From: Piromyces finnis finn
Lineage: Eukaryota; Fungi; Neocallimastigomycota
Length of the DNA stretch: 64,000 nucleotides
Assembly: GCA_002104945.1 (NCBI GenBank)
Contig: MCFH01000041.1
Coordinates: 248,001 to 312,000, forward strand
Direction of reading: 5' to 3'
In this document: positions 1 to 14,198 of the stretch, one piece after another
Layout of the letters: each line of letters begins with the position of its first letter
Numbering within the stretch: the first letter of the stretch is position 1
Translations under genes and position numbers: made by a program
Notes under the pieces: generated by a model
What the model saw: only the letters and a program-made list of their open reading frames with translations
The model's database searches: none
What the model was told of the DNA's origin: nothing

Positions 1-3000
1 TATTTTTTTATTTGTTTACTTTTTTAAATGAATATATACCTTTTATTATATATACGGTAAAATAATATTTTGTTTTCTATTTGTTAAAATATAATATAAA
101 TATTAGTTTACATTATAAATAAAAGAAATAATATTCATAATATTTTTTTATTTATTTATTTATTTATTTTGATTATAAATGTTGAATAAAATTTTTTAAT
201 TCTATTTATATACTTTTATATATACTATTTTCTCTAATACTTTTTTTTTTTACTTTCTATTTATCCTTATTTTATATCAAAACTCTTTGTTTCTTTATTA
301 TTTACTTTTTAAAATATTTTACTACTATTTTTTCACTTCACTATTCACTATCACCATTTGTTTATATTATTTTAAGGAATTTATTTCCAAATAAAATAAA
401 ATTATTAACTTCGATACTTTTTACTATTTTTATTAAAAATAATTTTTAAAAAATAACTACTAATTGTTAATAATAAAATTATAAATTATATATTTACATT
501 TATAATATACGAATTGTCTTTATGCGTAATGTTTATTTTTAAATATTTATTTAAATTATATTTTCATCAATGCGTAATTTGTATTTATGCGTTTGAATTT
601 TATAATAAACAATAAAAAAGTTTTATTGAAATATATTAAAAAAAAAATAGAAAAAAAATAGTTTTGTTATCCCTTATATCTTTAAATTATTTTTTAAAAC
701 TTCTTTCTATTATTATAAGAAAAATAAATAAAGAGCTTCTCTTCTTGTTTTTGTCTTTTAACCAAAAAAGATAAAAAGTATTAAAAAAGAAAACTCTTAA
801 TTTATAAATTTATATTTTAGATCTTAAAATATAAGTTTTTTTTCTTTGAAATTTCTTTCCTTTTAAATAAATAATTCAATAACTAATAAAGAAATTTTAA
901 AAATTGTTAAAAAAAAAAAAAAGATTTTTAGAAAGAAATTTTCATGCTTTTATTCGTATTTTTTTTTTCTAATTCCTATGTTAAATTATTAAATAATTTC
1001 ATTATTTGTAATGTAAATAAAAAAATAAATAATATAATAATATATTAAATTTTACTTTCCTTTTTCAATTCTATTTTTAATTAATTTAAAAAAATTTCTT
1101 TTTTCGATTATTTCTATTAAAATATAATATACTTATGAATATAAAAGGCAAATTAAATCTTTATACATTACAATATATTGATTATATTTCATTAATGTAT
1201 TTTTTCAATTAATAAAAAATAATACAATCTATTGAATAAGGATATGAATATAATTTTATTGTGTAATCTATAATAATAAATAATTTAGATTTATTTCCAA
1301 TTTAGTATAATATATATTATACTTTTTTTAATATTTACAATAAATATATTGATTTATTATAAGGACAGTACCTATATTACATATTTATTATTAATGCTAT
1401 AATAAGGTTTATATTAATTTAATGGATATAATATAATTGATTTATATTTAATATATAGTGTAGTATATTAATTAATCAATGAAAGCATAAAAAACTATAT
1501 TTCATATTATTTATATTATATGTATTGTATATTAATTTTAAATTGTGTAATATTTAATAATATAATGTATTATATTGTTAATATTATATATAATATAATT
1601 AATATAAAAAATAGTATTAAAAAATATATCACCAAAGTCAGTATATTTTATTAATTATAATATATTAATTACATATATATTGATTTATGTAATGTCTCTT
1701 TATTTTATGGTTATATAATATATTATAAAATATGTTTAAGACAAATTTATATATGTTATATATTTTTAAATAAATGATTATAGATTAAAATATATAGGAT
1801 TATATTATTTCATTTATAAATTTTTAACAAAAAGGCTTTTATTTTAATATAATAATTCATAAATAATTTCCTTTTTTGGAAGGCTTTTGTAAAAAAATAC
1901 AATTATTAAACTAATATTACAATTAAAAAAAAAAAAAAATCATATCAATTAATAATACAATTTATATTCATATATAAATATAAATGGTAAATTGTACTGT
2001 TTCATTTTATCAATAATTGTAGCAAAAATGTATTGAATGGAATAGCAAAAAAACGGCCAAAAAAAAAAAAAAAAAGCAATTAATTCATTTCAAAACACTC
2101 TTCAAAGAATAATATTATAAATAAAATATTAAATAATAAAATAATAATAATAATAATAATAAATAAAATAAATTTGATATATGAATTTAACTTTAGTATT
2201 TATAATTAACAGAATAACTTTTCAATATTTATATAAAATACTTTACTTTTTTAAACTTTGGATTTTTAAAAATAACTTCTATAATATGACAATAAAATAA
2301 AATAATTACTAAAATAATATTTTCTTTTTTTCTTTATAACAATTTTTTTAATTAATATTATATAATGGCTTTTTTTTTCATTAATATCCTATCCTAACTT
2401 TTCCCAATATATTTTATAGTAAAAATATATATTCAAATACTCAATGATGTATATTTTTTTTTTTTTTTTGAATTCATTCTTCTTATTTAAAAAGGTATTA
2501 ATATAGAAATGTTCGTTTTATTATTATTAATACCACTATAAAAAAACAGAGATGTTATTTTGTTATTCAAGTGTCTAATATGAATTTAGCCAATAGTGTT
2601 TATAATAGATAGAATATTGTATAAATTAAAATCATAAATTTTAATTAATAATTTAATAAGAAAAGAATGAAAGGAGGATGAGAAAAATAATAGAAACTCT
2701 GTTTATAATAAATTTCTTAAAAAAGAAAAAAAGTAATAAGTAATAATACATCAAAAATTATATAAATTTTGTAAATTTTAAGTAGTATAAAAATCGAGTT
2801 TTATTAAAATAAGCAGAAAAAAAATATGATATATTCCTCTATATTTATAGTATTCCCTAGGCTATAATAATGATAAGGATAATAAATATGAAGATATTAA
2901 AAAAAAGTAGTTTAAAATGTATATTACACTATATAGTAATATTAATATATATGCTGATTATAAAAGAATGTTATGAATTGATAAATATAATCTAATTTAT

Positions 3001-6000
3001 TAAATATATTATAGTAAGTAATATATGTCAATTTATTTCTTGTTTTAAATATCATTTAATTCATATTTAATAATATAAAATAGAATTTATTGAAAGGTAA
3101 TAAATCAATGAAATAAGCCTTTATATCATATAAGTATATTAACAATTTATTGAATAATATATAAGCATTTTTTACCATATAAGTCAAGTTTTAAACAAAA
3201 ATCTTAAAAAAAATAGATTAAAAATAAATTAAAATAATTTAAATTTCTGATGAATTTAATGAAATAGTATATTATAATGTAATCTAATATATAAATAATT
3301 TAACATCTTTTTTAGAATTAAATTTCCATTTAAGGTAATTTTTTTATAACTTGACTAAAATGGATAATAAATTAATTAAAAAATGTTTTTCATTATTTGA
3401 CTAATAATTGAAAGTAAATATAAATAATAGATTTAGGAAAAATAAAAGGGAAAAAATAAAAGAACGAGGAAGGAGTGAAAATAAAAAATATCCAATAATT
3501 ATATAATAATAAAAACATATATAATAAATGAATTACATGAAAAAAAAACATTTTCATATTAATACTTACTATTTAAGTGTATCCATGAATTATTGCATTG
3601 ATGGTATTATAATTGTAATTACTACTTACTAAATGATTATTACCAATTATTCATAATGATGAATCGAAATTAACCTTTTTTTATTTTGACATTATATTTA
3701 TAATTAATATTTATATGTTATAATTAAAATAATTATAATTTTCGAAATTGAATTAATTAATTAGCAGTTAAGAAATTTAAAAAGAATAATCTTTAGGATG
3801 AAGCTTTATTATTAATTGTAAAAATATAAAAAAAAAAAAAAAAAAAAAAAAAACTTTAATAATTCTATAACAAATTTTATTTATTATTTACATTTATTTA
3901 TTATATATAAATTAAAATAACAAGGTTAAATAAAGATCACAAATTTTAAATTCATTCAACTATTTGCATTTTAAGTTGAGAAAATTACATTCATTTAAAG
4001 TTATTATAAAATATTGAAATTATGTATAAACGAAGTTGAATAAAACAGTTATTTCAATAATATTATCAAATAATTCTTTAAAGAATTATGTAAATATGTA
4101 TTTCTTTAAATAATATCCATTAAAAAAATATAATTCATTATAAACCCTTTGGTATATTTTGTAAATTATTTATAAAATTTAAAATGAATTGATGAATATT
4201 ATAAAAAAAAAACATTTATTTTTATCCTAGTAAAAAATAATTTACATATTAAAACTATTATGTGTAATTATTAATAAAGCTACAATTGATATAGCTAAAA
4301 TATAAAAAATTAGTTTTAAAAAAAATTTAAAAAAAAGTTTTATAATATAAAATGTAATTTGTTATGCAATCTCATAATTGTAATGTCTATATACATTTAA
4401 AAAATATAGTAAATGCATTGACTTTTAAATACTCAAACTCATACTGTGTTACAGTATTTTAAATAGATATTGAATTGGAAATCTTCCAATAAATTAATTA
4501 TTTTATAAAACAAACAATGAATTCTGTAAATATTAATGATGCGAATTATAAATTGGATATTATATTTATTATATTACCTACAATGTTAAATGAATAGAGT
4601 TAAAGTTTATTAAAGGAAACTAAAATATATATATATATATTTTTTATTTATTATAAATTATATCCCTTACCTGAATATGATTTAAATCCATTAAAGTTAC
4701 TAAAATGTTATCTCCATTCAAAATGGTTATATTCTAGTGGAATATTGTTCTACAGTTTTAAATTAGCAATAAATCATAAATAGCGATATTGAGTAGAAAG
4801 AAATCATTTCAAAAGATTTTCGTTTTCCATTAACAAATAAACTTTAGAGAATAAAAAAAAATATCATTAATTACAATATAATTACTAAAATATTCCTTTT
4901 CATACCTACTTTATCAATACAATAGTTAAAATACTTGCATCTTTCTAAATATAATCTTTAAATACTTTATGATTCATTATTATAAATTTATATTTAATAA
5001 TCATTAATTCATATTATAATATTTACAATATATTACATTCTATTGAAATATATTGTAATTTAGTTTTCCATATATGCTACCAAGCTTAAGTCATATATTT
5101 CAATAAATTTGACCAAAAACTTTAACAAAGTACAAATGAATGCATCACTTTGTTTTTTTCTTTATTTGGAAAATAGCCTAATAATTATATTTTTTGAATA
5201 GAAATTACTTAAATATATTGTTATAATATAATTTAATTTATTGTATAATATATTAATACATATATTGGTTTAATAAAATAAAAAATGTTTAAAACTAAAT
5301 CTTTTTAAAGTATGATCAATTTTTGTTAAATATAAAAGAAGAGTTTTATAGCTGTTTTTGATACTATTTTCTACCACTTTTATTGATATTGTTTTTTGAA
5401 AAGAGTTGAATGAAGAATAATAGAAATAGTAAAAATAGATATAGTAAATATACATATATATATTATAGGTGTGTTATGATAAATGTTAAAAAGAAAAGGA
5501 TAAAAATTGAATAAACAACTTTTCTACCTACTATTTGGTAATAAATAATATAAGGATATAAACTTCATAAAATTAGTAAATAATAATATTATATAAAGTA
5601 TAGAATTACATTTTGTTTTCATGATAGTTTCTTATAATTAAAATAATATTAAAATAAGTAATTTGTAGCTTTATATTAATATAAAAATTTTATTCAATAC
5701 AACAATGTTATTTTTTACATAATAAATATTCAAAAAAAAAAAAAAAGTAATAATATCAATTTTATATTGAATAAACGAAACTGGCCTTCTTTATATATAT
5801 ATAACTATAATTTGAGCTGAAAGAATAAACCCATAGAAAATCCAAACTAATATTAGTTTTAAATAATATAATATAATAGCATTATTAATTGATAATTTAA
5901 AGATAGAGTATTATATATCTTTTATATAAAAAATTTTTAAATAATAATCGGTGGGTCTTCCATCAATTTTTTTTTTTTTTAAATTTGAGAATTTTTGCAT

Positions 6001-6982
6001 ATTTTCATTAATACCATTTTAATAATTTTTTTATTTATTTCATTTTCTTTTTTAACTTTATGTTATTATTGTTTTATAGAAATGAATGAAATGAACTCTA
6101 TTCTTATTACATTATTTATTAAAAAAACATAAAGTTCTAAATAAAAAAAAAAAAGTATATTTGTATAAGATATGATTATATTTAGAATTTACTAATTTAA
6201 AATTATTAATAAAATATATAGAATACATAGAATTCATATATTATATAATATATGAATCATTAAAAATATCATTAAAAACTGTAGATTATAAATTACAATA
6301 TACCGCATAAATAAAGTGGCATCTACTTAGTATATTAAAATATATTAATGGTTTAAATACACCACACTGCATATTAAATATAAATATGTTCTATCATTTC
6401 ATTTTTTATAATATTTTATTAGAATTACTGTTATTTATTAAATAATAATAATATGTCAATAATTTATATTTATTTCTATTTATATATTATATACTAAATA
6501 TATAATTAATAATATATTCCTTGCATCATAATTATTACTATCCTTTACACTTTTAAATTAAATAGTAAAAAAAATAAACTAGCAATATTAATTTATATTA
6601 AGATTGCTAGTTATAATTCATTAACCTAAAGATGATTAATAAAAAAAAAAAAAAAAAGGTTATTCTTTGTTTACCTATATTAATACATAAAATTAAAAAT
6701 AATTAAAAAAAATCTTAATACAATTAAAAATATACATACATACATACATAAAATATACAAATGTATAATTATTATAAAGTAATAATTATTAAAGATATTT
6801 ATAATGAAAAAAATATATATACATAATAAATAATTCTTTTCTTTTAAAAGCAATATTAAAAAATCAGCTTTTTTTACTATTATTCTATTTTATTATTAAT
6901 AATGTTGTGAAGTATAAAGATTATTTTTATACATTCACAATGAAAATGTGATGTTTTTTTTGACACCTAATTGTTTTATTGA

Positions 6983-6985
6983 TAT

Positions 6986-7075
<90 letters not shown>
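6983..7075. repeat. (TATT)n tetranucleotide microsatellite, about 23 units
   Basis: Uninterrupted TATT run seen directly in the sequence. Confidence 0.95.
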
Positions 7076-7077
<2 letters not shown>

Positions 7078-10000
7078 AGCACAAAAGTTCTTTATTATTA
7101 TAATTATTATTTTTACTATATTATATTTTCTCTTAAGAAAGAAAAATTAAATAATTAAAAGTTGGTTTATAATTATTTTTATAATTTACTATAAAAAGAA
7201 TAAATATTACTGAAATCATTTTCAAGAGAATTAAGAAAAAATACATAATAATAGGAATAACTTCGACATAGTGAATAAAAATCATTACAGTAATATATAC
7301 AATGATTACACTTTATTTAGATTTGCTAAATTTATTTTTTATTGTACTTATTGTAATCTTTATCGTTTAATTAATGAAATATTTACTATACTAATATTTT
7401 TATTGACCATTCACCTTCAATTCAGTAATTAATATCTTAATTGAATAAATATGATATTAATTTTTTCTTTTTTTCAAAGTATATTGCATTGTTACATACT
7501 ATTCAATTTTCTTTTTTTAAAAAAGAATTATTCTAATTCTTATAAATTAAGCAACCTCTTTATTACAACAATAATCATAAAATGTTCTTGATACATATTA
7601 TAAAAAATAAATTTATTATTGATAATTATCTATTATTGCATATTTTATTATAGGAGTATTAAATTTCTTATTTTCAACTTAACAATCATTCATCTATAAA
7701 ATATTAATAATTGTAGGTTTAAGGATCTTTTAATTAATAAAGTTTAATTTATTTCATTATATAAAATAATCAAAATTTTATGGGATAGTTTATCTTCCTC
7801 CACAACCACAAAGACCACAATTATCAACTAGAGATTCTTATCAATGTAAAGGTGGAAATTTTATTGTATAAATGCTATCGTTAATTAAAATGTAAGAAGT
7901 AGGCATACGCAAATAATTAAATTGAGCTTGATCTAAACCAATTAAATAATTTATATTGTCCTCTTAATATATGACAAAAAGTTTTTGATGACTATTGCTA
8001 CAAAAAACAAAATGATAGAACTGTTAAATGGAATCAATGTAGAAATACTATTACTACTTATTTCAGATTTTTCTAAAAAATCCCTTACTCCATAAATATA
8101 ATAAGAATGTCTATTAATAATCCAAAAAAAATTTAGAAAAAAAAAAACAAAAAACTATAACTTTTTAAAAAAAGTCAGATATAAAGTCTAGTTAGTGTTT
8201 TGACAAAAAAACACCCAAAAATTGTAGGATCTTTCTTAATTCATAGAAGATGTATCTTGAAAAGGAAAAAAGTTATTAATAAATAGAATCTCAATATATA
8301 AATAGAAAATACCTATTTACTAAATAATAAAAGATTTTTGAAAGTAATAATAATGATGATGCTAAAAAGAGAAGGAAAAGAGAGTTGTATTAATTAAAAA
8401 TAGAAATAAAGGAATATTTAATATTTATATATATATATATATATTTTTTTTTTGAAGAATAATTTTAATTTTGAAAACACATCAACATATCAATAGTTTT
8501 TATACAATTATAAATCAATATTTTATTATTAAATTAATAAATTAAGCAATTTCTATATAATAATAAATATAATAATCTATGGTTTAGTATACCAAGTTAA
8601 TATTAAATATACTATAATATTGCTAATGATAATATATTAATAAGGAATATAAAAATTCAATTACAGTTTTTCTAAGAAGTCTTACTCACAATAGATTAAC
8701 ATTTATTGATATAGGTATAACAGGGACACATCATATTTTTTAATTTTTAATTAATATATCATCTAAAATTATAGTATCAAAAGCTAATAACTATTAATAT
8801 ATTTTTTTAAATTTTTTTACTTGATATATTTTATTTTCTTCTGTTCATTTATAACATCTATATTTACTTTATCTTTTGTATGCATTATAATTAAGCATTA
8901 AATAAATATTATTATCATTGATAATATTTAATTTATATTTATTAATATCAAACAATAAATCTAATTGTATCTAAACTATTGAAATAGGTACAATAAGCAA
9001 TAATGAGTAAAAATACGGATAAAAATTTTTATATCATATATTACATATAATTATATAAATTTATTTATAATACTTATTCACAAGGTATGGATTGAAAAAG
9101 TAATAAATTTCTTCTACTAATCCAATTGTCTATCTTTCATTCCATTCATTCATAATTAATCCTATTATATCTAAAATTATTAAAATAAAGAGTTTTAGTA
9201 TAGCAATAAGAACTATATATATAATTATTATATAATTATTCATATATAATATTCAATTCCCTTTTCAAAATATTATTACACTGTTTTTTTTTTCTTTTTT
9301 TCTTATTATTAAAAACTATCTCTTAAAAAAAAGTATATATTTTTAAATATCAACTTAAAAAAAATCAAACTACACTTGTTATCAATATTAGAAAAAAAAC
9401 TCTCTATCATTTTTTTTACTATTATTATCATTTATACTTTTAATAAACAAACAATTATCTCTAAAATTCTCGATGACAATAAATTTTAGGAATAGATATA
9501 TTAAAATAAATATTAAAAACAATAGGAATTAATTTTTCATACAAAGCTTAAAAAATCACATCAAAAAAACTTGATGAATAGTTATAATTAGAAATATTAT
9601 TCTTTTTTCTAACATATATCACTAACTAATTACTCATGAAAATAAAATAAAAGAAGTTGAATTTTATATTATTAAAATAAGAACTATAGGAAATACTTAA
9701 AATTGATATCAACAAGACTCAGGTACACAATCACAGAACTCAAAAATTAAATAACACCAATTAATAAAAAAAAACGAAGAACTTAATTACATAGTCATAA
9801 TATTATTATATTATATTAATCAAAATAAGGTGATATTTAATTGTTTGTAACATAATTCATTAGAATTTATTAAATTTATTAAAACTCTATATAATAAAAG
9901 ATAGAAAAGAATAGAAAGCTTAATTTCTAGTAGCATCTCTATAATATTAAGACTTTAATATAATTGAAAATATATACATGATATATTATATTAGTTAATA

Positions 10001-10183
10001 AAAAAAACTATCAGAATTACCAAACCAATTTTCAATACTGTATATAACACTATATTATACTTTAAAATATATCGCTTAATTATATTAGATTAGAATATTT
10101 TTATTTAATATTTAGCACTACATGAATTATGGCCATCTTCTCAAATAGTAAAACAATAAGATAATTCTATACACGTATATAAC

Positions 10184-10400
10184 GGATTAGTATATTTCTT
10201 TCATACAAATTTTTAGAATCAACTATAGTATGACACCTAGAAACGTTTTAAATTCTATATAAATTAAACTTATAATCACTTCATTATCAAAATTTGTTTT
10301 GTATAACTTCATCCACAACATCTTTAATTTTAACAATTGAATCTTTTCATAATATAATTTAATTTACTTTTGTTAGTATTGCATATTAATATGGCATTCC
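10184..10400 (-). mobile_element. Possible decayed piggyBac-like (DDE_Tnp_1_7) transposase relic
   Basis: Minus-strand fragments read LICNTNK (~10369-10389) and then EFKTFLGVIL*LILKICMKEIY*S (10255-10184). These resemble, in order, the piggyBac motifs iv..TN.ya and E.k.FlG......YWS. Stops and frameshifts are present and no TIRs were found. Recognised by eye only. Confidence 0.35.
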
Positions 10401-12354
10401 TTCCCTCACTAATAATAAACTAATTAAAATAATTACTTTTCTAATTAAAAATAGTAATGTTATTAAAGACAAAGAATTCAATATAAATTTTAAAGTTAAA
10501 AACATAAATTTATTAAATGTCTGTGATTATTATATATTGTGTTCACGTGTATTAATTTACCATAATTTTTCAAAGCCGTATATTGATTAAACTACATATT
10601 TTGTCATAGTAATTTAACATATAAATTACAAATTACATAAAAGAAAACCATATCGATCCGTCAAACTGTGCTAAGCTGAAAAATAATATTATAAATTTTT
10701 TACTTAACCTTAATTACTAATATATTTCTATTCTATTTTATTATTACTCATTTAAAAATAAAAACTTATCATATTTTTAACACATCACCTTAAATATTAA
10801 CTGATTACTACTAGATTGTGTAATAAAATAAAATACATTATATATATAAATATTTAAAAAAGCAACTAGCAATGAAAAACTCAAGTTCAATTGTTATATT
10901 AAAATAAAAAATTAGCTACGATTAAAATTATATATTGAATTTATATTTTAATCAATTCATTTTATTATTGAAAATGAAAAAAAATATTATTATTATTATT
11001 ATTATATAATTTATAGGCAAAGTCATGATAATAATTCACAATTTACATTCATTATAATATATAAATTATTTTGTCATTAAGGATTAGGCTAATTGAATAC
11101 ATCAAATTTATAATATAATGATTCATTTATACTTCCTAATCAATATCACATATTCTCAAATTTTACATTCAACTTTTATGTTGCCAATAAAATAATGTAA
11201 TATTAAAAGAAATATTGAAAGTACACATTAACATCTATTAATTTTTAACCTCTTATTATCATGTTAAATAATTAATAATAAATTTAATCCTATTCTATTG
11301 AATTTATATTATTTTTTATTGGTTTTTTCATAAAAATTTTTAAATAAATTGACAGCTAATTATATAAATTAATTTATATTTTTTAATAAATATTAAACAT
11401 ATAAAATATAATATTGAAATTGAAATAATTAAAATATTAATATTGATTATTTTTTACTGAAAACTATTCATAGTTTTTATTAAAAATTATTAAAATGTGG
11501 ATTTTTATTTTAAATATTAAAAGAAAAGTTATTTTTCTTTATAAGCATACTTTTTAATAATTGTATTATTAATGAATCGTAATTTTAGTTATGGAATTTA
11601 TATTATTTTTATAATGATTATTATTTCGGAATTTAAATATATAACTATCCTTATATAGTTGCCTACATCTTTTTTTATATAGATGTTATTGAGATCTTAA
11701 GAAATATTCTTAATTTAAATTTGTGTGACGGGAAAAAAAATAAAAATTTGATCAGAAAAAAAAAATAAAATAAAAAAGGTAGTACAAAAATCATCTTTAC
11801 GGCTATAACAAATATTGCAAGAAAAAGAAAAAAAGTTATTCAATATCCTATTATCATATTTATCATATTTTACTACTAAAGATTTTATTTTTTTAATACT
11901 TGTTTATAAAATGAAAATACAGTAGGAAAGAATAAAAAAGAAATTTATACGATGAAAAAAAAAAGGCTGCTTAGGAATATATTTAAATAACAATAAAAAC
12001 AGTAAAATAATATATTAAAGCGAAAATAGTAATATCTAGAAATAATAATTATATTTTTATATATTAATGATTAATAGATATTTATCGCGATATTCTATTA
12101 TAAAAAATTTTATATATATAAATATAAATATATGATTTGTTATTATTGGAATTTATATTATTTACCAATCATATAATTATATAATATGTATATGATAATA
12201 TATTCAATATAAATTTTAAATATAATATATTAAAATAAGCCAATCATTTTAATGTAAAAATCAATTACACTGCTCAAGAATCAAAAGCAAAATTTAAGAA
12301 AAAAAAACATTTTTCCTCCTCTTCTCACATATCTGTATTTAGAGTGTGATCAAA

Positions 12355-13118
12355 ATGGTAAATATTATTATGAAAAATTATAATAATACTAAAAAGTAGT
12401 ATTATTATTGATGAATATTAAATAATGGATGAATTAAAAATTTTAATTATGTAATTATTGTTTTTGTATTAATGCATTTTTATTATTCTATAATTTATTA
12501 GCCAGCTAGATTTAGTAAGAACAGAAAGAAGCGTGGACACGTCTCTGCCGGTCACGGTAGAATTGGTAAGCACAGAAAGCATCCTGGAGGTCGCGGTTTG
12601 GTAAGTCAATTAAAATATTATAAATTATTAAAATAATGGTTTGTATATTAATATTATTTATTTAATTACAATGTTACATAGGCTGGTGGTTTAACTCACC
12701 ACAGAATTAACATGGATAAGTATCACCCAGGTTACTTCGGTAAGGTTGGTATGAGATACTTCCACAAGACCCAAAACAAGTTCCACCGTCCAACTGTTAA
12801 CGTTGAAACTCTCTGGAACTTAGTTTCTGAACAAACTAGTGCCAATGCCTCTGAAACCAACATTCCAGTTATTGACGCTAAGCGTGCTGGTTTCGGTAAG
12901 GTTTTAGGTAAGGGTAAGCTTCCAAACAAGCCATTTGTCCTTAAGACCAGATTAATCTCTCGTAAGGCTGAACAAAAGATCAATGCTGTTGGTGGAAAGG
13001 TTGAATTGATGTAAGTTTCAAGAATGTATTTTTGTTTATATATATATGTTATATTGTGTATTATTGATAACTAATTAATATTTTATTTTTATATTATAAT
13101 TTAAATAATAGTGCTTAA
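12355..13118 (+). CDS. RPL27A: 60S ribosomal protein L27a (uL15; yeast L28), ~145 aa, 4 exons
   Basis: Exons 12355-12357 (ATG only), 12502-12600, 12682-13010, 13112-13118, all GT-AG. Translation [37 protein letters not shown]...[11 protein letters not shown]...GGKVELIA is the canonical uL15 signature. Codon bias is GC-elevated. Confidence 0.97.
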
Positions 13119-14166
13119 ATTAATAACTAAATTTTTGAAGTTTTGTATGAAAAAGATTTGTAATTGATCAAATGCAATCAAATTTAATAAAAATTAAATA
13201 GATCATAAAAAACTTTTCCAAAATAGAATATAACTAATTTAATTATTATAATAGAAGCTTATCGTTTTACTCATTAAATATTGTGAAAATTATTTATTAC
13301 TTTTTAATAAACTTATTTATTTATTAATTAAAATAATTTATAAAATTTTCAAAAATTATTTAAAAATGCTTAAAATTCGAAATTACGGTTGAGAATGAAT
13401 ATATCGTAGTTATTTGGAAGGTAACTTATTTTTAAAATTTAGTATGAAATTTTTAGAAAGGGATTTGTAAGAAAGAATTTATTTTTAGTTATAAAATGTA
13501 GTTATATTAGTGTGTATGTGTAATTAAGAAAAATAGTTATTTAAAGAGCATGTCTATTTGAATTTTGTTTTTTATTATAATATATGTTAAAAAATAGTAT
13601 TATTTAATCATGATTTCTTATATTTTTTAAAAGTATTTTATAATAATAAAATTGAATCGAATCAATAATGAAGAAATAGTAATAAGTAAAAATAGAAAAA
13701 TATAATTAATGAAGGACGTAATTTCGATCTATTAAAAAATATGAATCTTAATTTTAGCTATTAGAAGTTAAATAGAATTATTGTATATTAAGCCCACTTC
13801 AATTTGTATATATTATATTTATAATAAAAATTTTAAAACTACTATTCTTAAACAAAAAACAAACCCCCGATTTATCTGCTATATTTTTTTTATTATTTAT
13901 ATATATTTTTTATATATATATTTTTCTTTAGTTTTATGATTTATTTTGATTTTAATTTATATAACCGAAAAAAAAAAAAAAAAAAAATGAATTTTTATTC
14001 CACTTGTAATTTTTTATGAAAAATTATTGTAACTTTTGAAAAGCAGCAAATAGCAAATTGTGTAATATAATTTATAATACTTTACAACTAAAAAAGAAAA
14101 ATTAATAAAATAAAATAAAATAAAAAAAAAAAGATTAGAATTCTTTTAAAATATATATTTACATTA

Positions 14167-14198
<32 letters not shown>

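Noticed and set aside
4400-5150. Minus-strand fragment VYLLMENENLLK*...EYNHFEWR*HFSNF followed by a GTAAGG donor-like site
   Set aside because: It hints at a decayed gene, perhaps kinase-like, but has several stops and no second diagnostic motif, so it cannot be assigned.
7770-8400. GC-richer patch translating to GIVYLPPQPQRPQ... and DYCYKKQNDRTVKWNQC
   Set aside because: Multiple stops and frameshifts and no recognisable family. Counted only as part of the AT-rich relic block.
12732-12983. 83-aa minus ORF, and likewise 16198-16398(+), 27041-27277(-), 30411-30659(+), 59259-59561(-)
   Set aside because: Antisense shadows of well-supported genes.
13375-13425. Exon-like stretch EITVENEYIVVIWK ending at GTAACT
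   Set aside because: No upstream ATG or acceptor in frame and no downstream partner exon.
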